Positions 37,106 to 45,981 are shown, counted from the first letter of the stretch. The stretch is DNA of 50,155 nt from a virus (IMGVR_UViG_2870479586_000004), one strand, 5' to 3'. Notes: a model not told the origin generated them from the sequence alone. Translations and numbers: made by a program.

Positions 37106-38447
37106 TCAATCTTTTTTATCGGGATCAGGCTTCTTTTTAGGTAACTTCGGGGGCTTAACTTGCTGATGACTTTGCGTTCGGCGCGTAAGCCAGGGATGGT
37201 CAGCTTTAGGTTTAACATAGTATTTTGAGCGTAAATCAATACGGGCATTATCCACTCGTTCATGGACACTCTTTTCATCATCCAGTGGTATAGGCTCCGG
37301 GCCATCAACATACTTTTCCCAGCCCAGCGCTTTCCCGTCATACAGAACGTTAATTTCACCGTCAAAGTTCTCGCATACAGTAACAACCGAATGCCTAAGT
37401 CGATATCCCCGGCCCTCACTGCGTACCTGAAACGCACTGCTTTTGTACTGGAAAGTGAGATTTTTAGACAGAACGCGCTTCGCCTGTAGGCTGAAGATAT
37501 AACCCAGTTCCTCTTCAGAATGGTGCACATCAAGATGAGCATTATCAGTAGTACGAGGCGACGTAGCGAACCGGTTGTTATAGGCTTCAATAAAGGTCGG
37601 CAACCATGCATTTGCTGTTTCAATATCACTGATATTCTGAAGCCGCATTTCTTTGACCAGCCTGTCCTGTAGTGTCTGATTGGCGCGCTCTACCCGCCCT
37701 TTTGCCTGCGGGCTGTTGGCATGGATTGGCTCGATGCCCAGTGTCTTTATCGCACGAGTGAACTGGGTCAGCTCACCTTCCCGCTCTGGGTTATTTACCC
37801 TGAATATACTGTGTCTATCAGAGTAGAGAGCGAGCGGTACGCCATGATCATTAAGGTAACCCCGGAGGGTTTCCATGTAAGCCCGGGTTGTTTCAGCAGG
37901 CACAAAACGCAACGCCATCAACGCACTGGTGGTATCATCAATGAAAACGATCAGTGTACATCTGGGGCCTCGATTTTCAAACCAGTCATGAGGTGAGCCA
38001 TCAATCTGGATCAGTTCACCGTAAGAGGGTCGTCGCATGCGGCGTTGATATATACGGGCAATTTTACGACGGCGTTCACGCCATACCCCCCTCTTCTATC
38101 ATCCACTTTCTGAGAGTTTCAACGGATAAAGATAAACCGTGTATCTCGCGCAATTTTTCGCACGCAAACGTAGGTCCAAAATCAGCGTAACGGCCTTTGA
38201 GGAGTGAAATTACTGTTGCTCTGAATTCAGTAGAAAAGGAATTATTAGGACGCTTTCCACGTCGGTGGGAAACCAGACCAGAAGGCCCTTCATTTCTATA
38301 CCGTTGCACCAGACGTTTAACCTGCCGAATAGAAATGCCAATGCGTGCCGCAGCTTGTTCCTGAGTAATATGTCGATTAATTGACTCCTGAATAATCTGA
38401 AGTCGGTGGAGTTCCTTATGACTCATCGTAACAGTTTCTTTGGTCAT
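37106..38447 (-). pseudogene. DDE transposase (IS481/ISNCY-like) split into orfA (38076-38447) and orfB (37106-38038) at a C6 homopolymer (38086-38091)
   Basis: orfA has an HTH (ARIGISIRQVKRLVQRY); orfB has an rve core (IQIDGS...FIDDTTS...SPQAKGRVERANQTLQDRL); removing one base fuses them into about 446 codons; a -1 shift would not reach orfB. Confidence 0.7.
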
Positions 38448-38594
38448 GAAAAATCCCCCAGAGAATTGTCTGGGGACATTTTAGAATGGTTCAAAGGGGA
38501 CATTACAGCTTGGTGTTAACAATAGCCTGCTTCTCCTGTGTAAGTTCACAGAGATATTGCAATTGCCTCCGGATAAGTAAGGGGAGATTGCACT

Positions 38595-39683
38595 ATGCAA
38601 ATGCAGCATCTGATGGTTGGCTATCCTAAGTACTACCAAACGGCCGATTATGCGTTGAGGCTTTCAGTGATGGCTGATATAGCAACAATGAGAATGAAGG
38701 CTCTGCACTTCTGGGATAAACACGGTATTTCTGCAGCTTCTGAAGCCTTTGGCGTGTCCTGCCGCACGCTTTACTGGTGGCGTCAGTTACTGAACAAGGA
38801 AGGACCTGAGGGGCTAATCCCGCACAGTAAGGCACCTCTGGTGCGACGAAAAAAACACTGGCATCCCGATGTGCTGAAAGAGATTCGACGCCTCAGGACA
38901 GAGCTGCCGAACCTCGGTAAAGAGCAGATTTTTGTTCGCCTGAAGCCCTGGTGCGAACAGCGCTATCTGGCCTGTCCGAGTGTTTCCACCATCGGCAGAA
39001 TGATCGCTGCCGCACATGATAAAATGCGGATGATACCTGTGCGTCTGGGATCGCGGGGGAAGGCACTGCTTGTCAAAAAGCGGTCTGCCAAACCCCGCAG
39101 GCCAAAGCACTACCGCCCGGTAAAGACAGGTGAGCTCATTGGGATGGACGCCATTGAGCTCAGAATGGGCGAACTGCGTCGCTATGTCATCACCATGATC
39201 GACGAATGCAGCAATTACGCGCTGGCACTGGCTGTGCCGTCACTCAACAGTGATATCGTCAATCACTTCTTCAGCCGCGCAGCCCGGTTGTTCCCGGTCG
39301 GTATCAGCCAGATAATCACAGATAACGGAAAAGAGTTCCTGGGAAACTTCGACAAAACGCTGCAGGAAGCCGCTATCAAACACCTCTGGACCTATCCCTA
39401 CACGCCAAAAATGAACGCTATCTGTGAACGTTTTAACCGGACGTTAAGAGAGCAGTTTATTGAATTTAATGAGATTTTACTCTTTGAAGATCTGGCGCTA
39501 TTTAACCAGAAGCTGGCGGAATATCTGGTGCTGTATAACAGCAAAAGACCCCACAAGGCGCTCGCACTAATGACGCCCGTGGAATATATTTTAAAAGAGA
39601 ATAAAAATTGCAATATGTGGTGGACCCATACATCTCCTTGCCTTTCGGCACGTAAGAGGCTAACCTACATGTGTCTGGCATGA
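38595..39683 (+). CDS. DDE transposase, rve family (IS481-like), 362 aa
   Basis: N-terminal HTH (FGVSCRTLYWWRQ), rve core (GMDAIEL...ITDNGKEF...NAICERFNRTLRE). Confidence 0.75.
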   Translation: MQMQHLMVGYPKYYQTADYALRLSVMADIATMRMKALHFWDKHGISAASEAFGVSCRTLYWWRQLLNKEGPEGLIPHSKAPLVRRKKHWHPDVLKEIRRLRTELPNLGKEQIFVRLKPWCEQRYLACPSVSTIGRMIAAAHDKMRMIPVRLGSRGKALLVKKRSAKPRRPKHYRPVKTGELIGMDAIELRMGELRRYVITMIDECSNYALALAVPSLNSDIVNHFFSRAARLFPVGISQIITDNGKEFLGNFDKTLQEAAIKHLWTYPYTPKMNAICERFNRTLREQFIEFNEILLFEDLALFNQKLAEYLVLYNSKRPHKALALMTPVEYILKENKNCNMWWTHTSPCLSARKRLTYMCLA

Positions 39684-39882
39684 AATTGGCCTCAGATTAA
39701 TGTTAAGCGTCTTGCAGGACGCGTAATGTTAACTGGGGCTTTTCTCTACCTGCCGTTGGTGTTCGTGCCCGAGGCAGATAGCCTCAAGCACCCGCAGTCA
39801 TTCTACTTAACTAAGATTTCCCCGCAAACCGTTTTTGTCCAGCACAGTAAATATCCAACTAAACCAATGGAGTTCGCTGTAT

Positions 39883-40062
39883 TTACCGCCAGTATTCAAT
39901 GCACATGACCGCCATGAACACCCCTAAAAAAAGGGCATTTATATATCCAAATATTAATATCAAAACATCAACTTTTTCCATATACCTTGCTGTGAAGATG
40001 ATGGGCATACATGATGCGAACAACCAGAACGCAACAAACAAAAACTGCAATGCGTTTTTCAT
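39883..40062 (-). CDS. hypothetical small membrane protein, 59 aa, two predicted TM helices
   Basis: ATG at 40062 preceded by AGGAGG 5 nt upstream; MKNALQFLFVAFWLFASCMPIIFTARYMEKVDVLILIFGYINALFLGVFMAVMCIEYWR. Confidence 0.55.
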   Translation of the reverse strand: MKNALQFLFVAFWLFASCMPIIFTARYMEKVDVLILIFGYINALFLGVFMAVMCIEYWR

Positions 40063-40316
40063 TATTCCTCCTACAATCAATGTGCAATTACATTTAAACA
40101 CACCTCAATTTGGCCGGACATATAAATATCTAAACCAGAAAAAATCACTTACATAGCGTTACAAACTCTTTAGTCTAAAGGTTCATCGTAAAACATTCCC
40201 CATACTTATCAGTCCGTTCCGCGCCAGGTAGCTCATTGCTTTATCTGGCAACCTGTAATCAGGTTTCCGCTTTTTCAGTTGGCTGGTCGTTTAACCGACA
40301 TAGTTAACCCATTAAT

Positions 40317-40604
40317 CTAGTTGCCGGATGTTGGTGGATTTTCGCGTTTTAGTTGTTCATAAAAGTGCACAGCTTTAACCAATTCTTCTGATGTAACCGG
40401 GACTGGTGAGGCAGTGAATAAGGCCTGAATTTGATAGTTCGGCCTGTCGTTACAATCCTCTTTTTTCGGTACATATTTCCAGTCACCAGACCACTACTTC
40501 CCCTGAAAGTCCGTAACGCCTTTTTTCACGTAGCGATATCGCCATGTCACTGGTTTTGCTTGCCCCGCCGTTTCATGCCCTTCCTGATAATTAATCTCGC
40601 TCAT
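40317..40604 (-). pseudogene. 95-codon reading frame with a single in-frame TAG (plus-strand 40494-40496); hypothetical
   Basis: ATG at 40604 then MSEINYQEGHETAGQAKPVTWRYRYVKKGVTDFQGK-TAG-WSGDWKYVPKKEDCNDRPNYQIQALFTASPVPVTSEELVKAVHFYEQLKRENPPTSGN; protein-like composition on both sides of the stop. Confidence 0.4.
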
Positions 40605-40792
40605 TCATCGCCCCACTCATCACAATATGCTTCGACCGGAGTTTTTCCCGCTTCATAGTCATCACGCTAGGATTCGACATCAGCAGCACTTCCACCGCGT
40701 AACTCACCATAGTCCATTAATAGTTCATCCCGCTCTTCAAAACTGATGTTATATTTAGCTGAACAAAAATCAGCCACTTTGTTCTTCCTCAT
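40601..40792 (-). pseudogene. 63-codon reading frame with a single in-frame TAG (plus-strand 40667-40669); hypothetical
   Basis: ATG at 40792 then MRKNKVADFCSAKYNISFEERDELLMDYGELRGGSAADVES-TAG-RDDYEAGKTPVEAYCDEWGDE; overlaps the start of the next frame. Confidence 0.35.
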
Positions 40793-41214
40793 CGTCTTTT
40801 ATTTCGTGGTATGAGTAATTGCAGTAGTTAAAGAAAATTTCTTATGCTCCGTCATGAATTTCATCAGGTGTTGCGTCATCGTCCACTTCGAATACATCCT
40901 CAAAATCTCCACCAGCTATTCCCGTTTCAATAATAATTTTGAACTTTCGCATTTCACTACCGCCCTTTCGGGCGGCCTCCTGATGTTCTGAGGGTGCAGA
41001 AATCCATCCGGTTAAGGATTAAGTTTTATTTACAGAACTGAATTTAATTATTCAGATATACGTATCTGTAACCTTACGAATCTACTCACTGGATGCCTCT
41101 TTCATAAAAATAATCCAGTGGGTTTTATCGTTTTTTCCCTGTTCGTTGACAGATAACAGGCTTTCTATCTGTCAGTGCCAGAATCTGGCTTACCGGTATT
41201 TGCGTTTCATTCCA

Positions 41215-41571
41215 TTAAAAAATCAGAACGCCGTGCGGCCTCAACACCCGAAAAGCTTCTTTAAATCTCTGTCGCAAATCATCACGCCAGGCATCTTTAT
41301 TCAGCCGTCCATATTTCTTTCCCATCCAGGCGTTATCACCAACACGCTCAAGATGCGGAGGGTCTAATACAACCATCGAAAAAGATGCGTCTGCAAATGA
41401 TAATGCACGAAAATCTGCGATAATGTCAGGGCTGATAATCAAGCGTCTCCCATTGCGTAATGTGTATCCTTCTTTTCTGATATCGCTAAATATCGCCCGT
41501 TCGTCAGACTTATCGAACCAGAACATGCGGCTGCCACAGCACATATCAAGAATGGTTGCCGGTGCACTCAC
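41215..41571 (-). CDS. SAM-dependent DNA methyltransferase-like protein, short or truncated (118 aa)
   Basis: Motif I-like ILDMCCGS, motif IV DPPH, then LRPHGVLIF; TAA stop at 41215-41217 is followed in frame by 29 further sense codons; start overlaps upstream stop (ATGA). Confidence 0.55.
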   Translation of the reverse strand: MSAPATILDMCCGSRMFWFDKSDERAIFSDIRKEGYTLRNGRRLIISPDIIADFRALSFADASFSMVVLDPPHLERVGDNAWMGKKYGRLNKDAWRDDLRQRFKEAFRVLRPHGVLIF

Positions 41572-41990
41572 TGCGCCACGTCCTGAAAATTACCCTGATA
41601 GAAAGCCAGTATGCGCTGCATAACTTCGCTCTTCCGGCACTCGCGACAGATTATGTTTAGGCGACTGTCGTAGCGACGTATTTCTCCGTCAGGTGATGAC
41701 CAGATAAGGTCCGGATCAACCACAGCAGGTTTCTTCACCTTTGCCCTCGAGAGTTTTTTGCGGGCGTTTTGCCAGTCCTTACGCGCCTGTTCAGAGGGGA
41801 ATAACCCGTAGCCGGAGTTGTATACATCGCCACTGGCTACCAGCTCTCTGGCAAGAACGCTCATCAGATATCTAGTCGCACCTGTTTTAGCTTCCAGTTG
41901 CCGTAACGTCTCACGGCCGCTCTGGCGCACGAGTTCCACCACCTGCCATTTAATTTTTTCCCGCTCTTCTTGTGTAAAAACTTTTGCCAC
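41568..41990 (-). CDS. hypothetical protein with probable winged-helix DNA-binding region, 140 aa
   Basis: ORF with basic, helix-rich sequence (TLRQLEAKTGATRYLMSVLARELVASGDV); translationally coupled to the methyltransferase ORF. Confidence 0.5.
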   Translation of the reverse strand: MAKVFTQEEREKIKWQVVELVRQSGRETLRQLEAKTGATRYLMSVLARELVASGDVYNSGYGLFPSEQARKDWQNARKKLSRAKVKKPAVVDPDLIWSSPDGEIRRYDSRLNIICRECRKSEVMQRILAFYQGNFQDVAQ

Positions 41991-42030
41991 AAGTCCCCCT
42001 TAAAATTACCTCATGACCTGAAATCAACAC

Positions 42031-42999
42031 TTATCCTCTGAAACCAGGCGGAATTTCTGTATCCGGTTCAGAAATATGATTAACACAACGCTGTACAGGT
42101 GAACGTCCCAGGCGGATGACCAGTTCGTCCCATTTTTCGCGGAGCTTTGACGGGCTCATGATGTTTTTTACCCAGAATGGATCTCGCTGAACCCGACCAA
42201 ACATTTCGCAAATTTGTCTGTGGCTTCTGCCATCCAGCATCCGCATTGTGCGCACGTCATTGGCCCAGGCAGTCCAGTTAGGCTCTTTTGGTCGCATGAT
42301 CTCGCCATCATCACTGGCTGCCTGTTCGTAGAGACCCACGATCCGCCCCCAGATCCACTGCGCACACGCCAAATCCTCCCTGCTACCCCACTGGCGTTTT
42401 TTCGCACTAAACACAACCGCGTCGGAGTTCCGGGTTAAAAAATCCTGTTCAGTCGTCTGCGGGTCCGGTTGCGAAGCTTCCGGACGAAAAGTGTTTTTAT
42501 TCTCTGTAGTAATCTCTGTTGTATTCTCTGTAAGATCATCAGGCCATTTTGACCCGATGACATTGGGTCGTTTTGAACCAATGGAGCGTTTCATTTTGAC
42601 CTCTTCCATCGTGTCATTTTGACCTGATGGAGCGGCGCATTTTGAACCGATGGATTCGCTCAATTTGCCACCATCTAAAAGCTCGCTCCCATAGTTGATC
42701 GTGTAGAAATTGGTCATATCGCGCTTTGATTTATTGAGCTTTTCACAACGCAAAAGCCCCAGCGTTTTCAGACTTGCAAACGCGCGCTTTAACGTTGACT
42801 CTGACCAGAATGGGAACTGTTCCAGCCATTGTTCCGTTGTGTTATAAATCCAGCGAACACCATCACATTCCATGCCGGAGTTGGTATCTCTCAACCAGTA
42901 GTGCAGTTGTTGCAAAACAATGGCTTCGTTTAAGCCAATTTTCATTGCCAGCTGCGTGTTTATAACCAGTGGGCGTTCAGCAAAAAGAAGGCTCATAAT
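42031..42999 (-). CDS. putative phage replication protein (replisome-organiser-like N-terminal winged-helix region), about 322 aa from ATG 42999
   Basis: N-terminus MSLLFAERPLVINTQLAMKIGLNEAIVLQQLHYWL...; in the lambda O position of the early rightward operon. Confidence 0.5.
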   Translation of the reverse strand: MMSLLFAERPLVINTQLAMKIGLNEAIVLQQLHYWLRDTNSGMECDGVRWIYNTTEQWLEQFPFWSESTLKRAFASLKTLGLLRCEKLNKSKRDMTNFYTINYGSELLDGGKLSESIGSKCAAPSGQNDTMEEVKMKRSIGSKRPNVIGSKWPDDLTENTTEITTENKNTFRPEASQPDPQTTEQDFLTRNSDAVVFSAKKRQWGSREDLACAQWIWGRIVGLYEQAASDDGEIMRPKEPNWTAWANDVRTMRMLDGRSHRQICEMFGRVQRDPFWVKNIMSPSKLREKWDELVIRLGRSPVQRCVNHISEPDTEIPPGFRG

Positions 43000-43498
43000 T
43001 CCATCCAGCTTTTTGTTGGTATTGCTGTCGATACGCAAGCTTGAAAGCAATTGCTTTTTCTATAAGTTCGTCAGTTTCACGATCCACTACGGCAGGATCA
43101 GCAAAAAGCAGTCCGGACTCCACCACATCGCCATATTCTTTGTTTAACCCGGCGATCATGCACGTGATGCTTTTTCCGTCAGTAATTTCACGATACAACC
43201 TGAAATCACTAATCCGGATAGCCTCCATAATCGCAGGCACTAGCGCCGTGAACTTTTCACGCTTATCCCTGGTGTCGATAGCCTTCCAGCGTTCGAATAT
43301 CTTCACTCGATTAACACCAAGCGCTCGCTGATCAACCGCGCCACCTTCATCTGTGACACGCTGAACATCGATGTTCGGGCGCTCTTTCAAAGCCCAGAAT
43401 GCTTCAGTGATTAATATCGTCGCCTGCTCCTGTGTCATTCCTGGTCGACATATCCAGGCATCCAGAGCCTCACGAGCCTGTTCAGGAGTGATTTTCAT
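42977..43498 (-). CDS. hypothetical early-operon protein, 173 aa (CII position)
   Basis: ORF immediately downstream of the Cro-like gene; no family recognised with confidence. Confidence 0.5.
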   Translation of the reverse strand: MKITPEQAREALDAWICRPGMTQEQATILITEAFWALKERPNIDVQRVTDEGGAVDQRALGVNRVKIFERWKAIDTRDKREKFTALVPAIMEAIRISDFRLYREITDGKSITCMIAGLNKEYGDVVESGLLFADPAVVDRETDELIEKAIAFKLAYRQQYQQKAGWNYEPSFC

Positions 43499-43709
43499 TG
43501 TTCAACCGCCCCGCCCGCTTCGTCTTACGATATTCGTCATAAACCTTGGGATCATACTGAAGCTCGCCGCCAGATGCCTCCTGTAGACGCATCGCGCGAC
43601 CTTCAGGAACCAGCTCTTGCCATTGAGAAACAGCAGATGGGTCAACGCCAGCAGCTTTCGCTACTTTGGCTTTCGTACCGTAAAAATTAATTACGTCTGA
43701 TTTAAACAT
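43482..43709 (-). CDS. dicC: Cro-like small HTH regulator (DicC/YdaS-like), 75 aa from ATG 43709
   Basis: GGAGG 6 nt upstream of ATG 43709; MFKSDVINFYGTKAKVAKAAGVDPSAVSQWQELVPEG...; divergent from the CI-like gene. Confidence 0.6.
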   Translation of the reverse strand: MFKSDVINFYGTKAKVAKAAGVDPSAVSQWQELVPEGRAMRLQEASGGELQYDPKVYDEYRKTKRAGRLNNENHS

Positions 43710-43722
43710 CGCACCTCCAATA

Positions 43723-43736
43723 TTGAGTTTTCTCAA
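43723..43736. promoter_or_regulatory. palindromic operator-like site TTGAGTTTTCTCAA in the dicC/dicA divergent control region
   Basis: Perfect 14-bp palindrome between the divergent repressor genes; near-identical copy at 44258-44270. Confidence 0.5.
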
Positions 43737-43786
43737 TGCTAATCACTCAAGGAATCTCAAGTCAAGGGTTATTAAGATATCTAAAT

Positions 43787-44193
43787 ATGAACGAGAAAAC
43801 TTTAGGTCAACGCATTAGAGAAAGACGTAAGCAGGTAGGCTTAAGTCAAAACGGTTTAAGCAAAGCTGCTGGCGTATCTGGCTCATCAATTTCATTATGG
43901 GAAAGTGACCATACAGCCCCGCGCGGGCAAAATTTGCATCGCCTCGCCGAGGTATTGCAATGTTCACCAACCTGGATACTGTTTGGCGACGAGGACAAAA
44001 CACCAGCTCCCCTGTTTCACTCGATAGTGCCTTAGACTTATCGGAAGATGAGTTAGAGATGCTGCGTTTGTATCGCGCACTTCCTAAATCAGAGCAACAA
44101 GCACAACTCAGCGAACTCCGCGCCCGCGTTGAGAATTTTAATCGCCTGTTCACCGAGCTATTAGAGGCTCGCAAACGCAACAAGCATCAATAA
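43787..44193 (+). pseudogene. dicA: CI-like XRE-family HTH repressor (DicA-like), frame broken by an apparent 1-nt deletion in the C4 run at 44009-44012
   Basis: 43787-44035 encodes the HTH domain (...VLQCSPTWILFGDEDKTPAP); 43960-44193 encodes the C-terminal part (...EDELEMLRLYRALPKSEQQAQLSELRARVENFNRLFTELLEARKRNKHQ); 407 nt versus 408 for 135 codons plus stop. Confidence 0.75.
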
Positions 44194-44257
44194 TCATCCC
44201 TTCACAAAATTTTAAAGCCTTACATTTCAATGTATTGGCTTTATCTTGCGCCAATAC

Positions 44258-44309
44258 TTGAGTTTTCTCATCAAAAAACCTTGACGAAAAACAATGAGAA
44301 AACTAAATT
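44258..44309 (+). promoter_or_regulatory. promoter of the ydfA-dicB operon (TTGACG-N17-TAAATT) with flanking operator copies
   Basis: -35 at 44281-44286, -10 at 44304-44309; operator TTGAGTTTTCTCA at 44258-44270 and partial inverse copy TGAGAAAACT at 44295-44304. Confidence 0.55.
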
Positions 44310-44385
44310 ACCTCCATCAAGACACCGCACGGTGTTCTCAGCAAACAGTTCCGCTACCCCGGCGTTAAGGGGAAATGAGGTCAGC

Positions 44386-44541
44386 ATGGATACTATCGAT
44401 CTTGGCAACAACGAATCTCTGGTGTACGGCGTGTTTCCAAACCAGGACGGCACGTTCACCGCAATGACGTATACCAAAAGCCAAACGTTTAAAACCGAAA
44501 ATGGTGCCCGTCGCTGGCTGGAAAGAAACTCAGGTGAGTGA
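44386..44541 (+). CDS. ydfA: YdfA-like small protein, 51 aa
   Basis: Internal ATG 44386: MDTIDLGNNESLVYGVFPNQDGTFTAMTYTKSQTFKTENGARRWLERNSGE. Confidence 0.7.
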   Translation: MDTIDLGNNESLVYGVFPNQDGTFTAMTYTKSQTFKTENGARRWLERNSGE

Positions 44542-44542
44542 T

Positions 44543-45118
44543 ATGGATTTCGACACAATCATGGAAAAGGCTTACGAAGAATACTTCGAAGGCCTTGCCG
44601 AAGGCGAAGAAGCTCTCAGCTTCAGTGAGTTTAAACAGGCACTCAGAATAAGAATGTGCTCTCACAATGACGCGGAGCACAAATATGAGAAGCAAAATCA
44701 GACCGCAGAAAATTTTGTTCTGGAACCCGGAGAAACGCTTTTCAAAATTCCCGTTACGTGCCCCATTTGCGGTTTTACATCAGAAGAACTTGACGACTCC
44801 TGTAACAATCAGGAAACAACCAAGTATGTCGAAGATGATACCGAGTGCGCACGAAGAACGATTATATCCACAAGTCCAAACTCCAGGACCAATAAATCTC
44901 ACTTTGAGAGGGTGATTAATCCACTCCCCCAAACCAATAAAAAAGATGCCGGAGGACAAAAAACCCAATGGAACAACGGGATATCTGTCAAAAAAAGACG
45001 TTCCATTAAAGACAAACAACGCAGCGCCAACAACTGTAAGCGCTTTATACCAGTAATCAATTTTCATGTTCTTAAGCGGATTTATTGGTGGTTGCGACAT
45101 TGCTTAATGAATCCTTAA
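44543..45118 (+). CDS. YdfB/YdfC-like protein as one continuous 191-aa ORF with a CxxC motif
   Basis: ATG 44543 two nt after the ydfA stop; MDFDTIMEKAYEEYFEGLAEGEE...VTCPICGF... Confidence 0.55.
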   Translation: MDFDTIMEKAYEEYFEGLAEGEEALSFSEFKQALRIRMCSHNDAEHKYEKQNQTAENFVLEPGETLFKIPVTCPICGFTSEELDDSCNNQETTKYVEDDTECARRTIISTSPNSRTNKSHFERVINPLPQTNKKDAGGQKTQWNNGISVKKRRSIKDKQRSANNCKRFIPVINFHVLKRIYWWLRHCLMNP

Positions 45119-45377
45119 AACTGTGGTGATTTTAAGGATACCACCTCGCCTGACGTGGTTAAAAGCAGGCACACAACACGAAAGCGCACGGCGAAGTTCG
45201 TCTCACTGTACGGTGTCGTTAAATTTAATTCGACCGTGCGCTTCCGGTTGTGGCAACCCGCAAAATGGCGCGGCGGTAAGTATGGCGGGGTTATTCCTTC
45301 CCCGTTGAGGACACCGAGTTGTCAGGTTGACCATACGCTTAAGTGACAACCCCGCTGCAACGCCCTCTGTTATCAAT

Positions 45378-45435
45378 TTTCTGGTGACGTTTGGCGGTAT
45401 CAGTTTTACTCCGTGACTGCTCTGCCGCCGTTTTT
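45378..45435 (+). ncRNA. dicF: DicF small RNA (ftsZ-targeting antisense sRNA) within the dicB operon
   Basis: TTTCTGGTGACGTTTGGCGGTATCAGTTTTACTCCGTGACTGCTCTGCCGCCG followed by TTTTT matches recalled DicF almost exactly; upstream of dicB. Confidence 0.8.
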
Positions 45436-45604
45436 AAAGTGAATTTTGTGATGCGGTGAATGCGGCTAAGCGCACGCGGAACAGTTAAAACCAAAAACAG
45501 TGTTATGGGTGGATTCTCTGTATCCGGCGTTAATTGTTAACTGGTTAACGTCACCTGGAGGCACCAGGCACTGCATCACAAAATTCATTGTTGAGGACGC
45601 GATA

Positions 45605-45793
45605 ATGAAAACGTTATTACCAAACGTTAATACGTCTGAAGGTTGTTTTGAAATTGGTGTCACTATCAGTAATCCTGTATTTACTGAAGAGGCCATTAAC
45701 AAAAGAAAACACGAACGGGAGTTATTAAATAAAGTATGCATTGTTTCAATGCTGGCTCGTTTACGTCTGATGCCAAAAGGATGTGCACAATGA
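45605..45793 (+). CDS. dicB: cell-division inhibitor DicB, 62 aa
   Basis: Internal ATG 45605: MKTLLPNVNTSEGCFEIGVTISNPVFTEEAINKRKHERELLNKVCIVSMLARLRLMPKGCAQ. Confidence 0.9.
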   Translation: MKTLLPNVNTSEGCFEIGVTISNPVFTEEAINKRKHERELLNKVCIVSMLARLRLMPKGCAQ

Positions 45794-45981
45794 ATTCAGC
45801 ATTTGCGCTTGTTCTGACAGTTTTTCTTGTTTCCGGAGAGCCAGTTGATATTGCAGTCAGTGTTCACAGGACAATGCAGGAGTGTATGACTGCAGCAACC
45901 GAACAGAAAATTCCCGGTAACTGTTACCCGGTCGATAAAGTTATTCACCAGGATAATAACGAAATCCCGGCAGGATTTTAA
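45790..45981 (+). CDS. ydfD: YdfD small membrane lysis protein, 63 aa
   Basis: ATG 45790 overlapping the dicB stop: MNSAFALVLTVFLVSGEPVDIAVSVHRTMQECMTAATEQKIPGNCYPVDKVIHQDNNEIPAGF. Confidence 0.8.
   Translation: MNSAFALVLTVFLVSGEPVDIAVSVHRTMQECMTAATEQKIPGNCYPVDKVIHQDNNEIPAGF

Larger units (their letters stand above)
37050..39700. mobile_element. IS-like region with two divergent rve-family DDE transposase genes; ends not defined
   Basis: Two HTH-plus-rve transposase ORFs back to back (starts about 150 bp apart); terminal inverted repeats could not be identified by eye. Confidence 0.45.

Noticed and set aside
37054-37629. 191-aa minus-strand ORF
   Set aside because: Overlaps transposase orfB in a different frame; the transposase frame carries the conserved rve motifs
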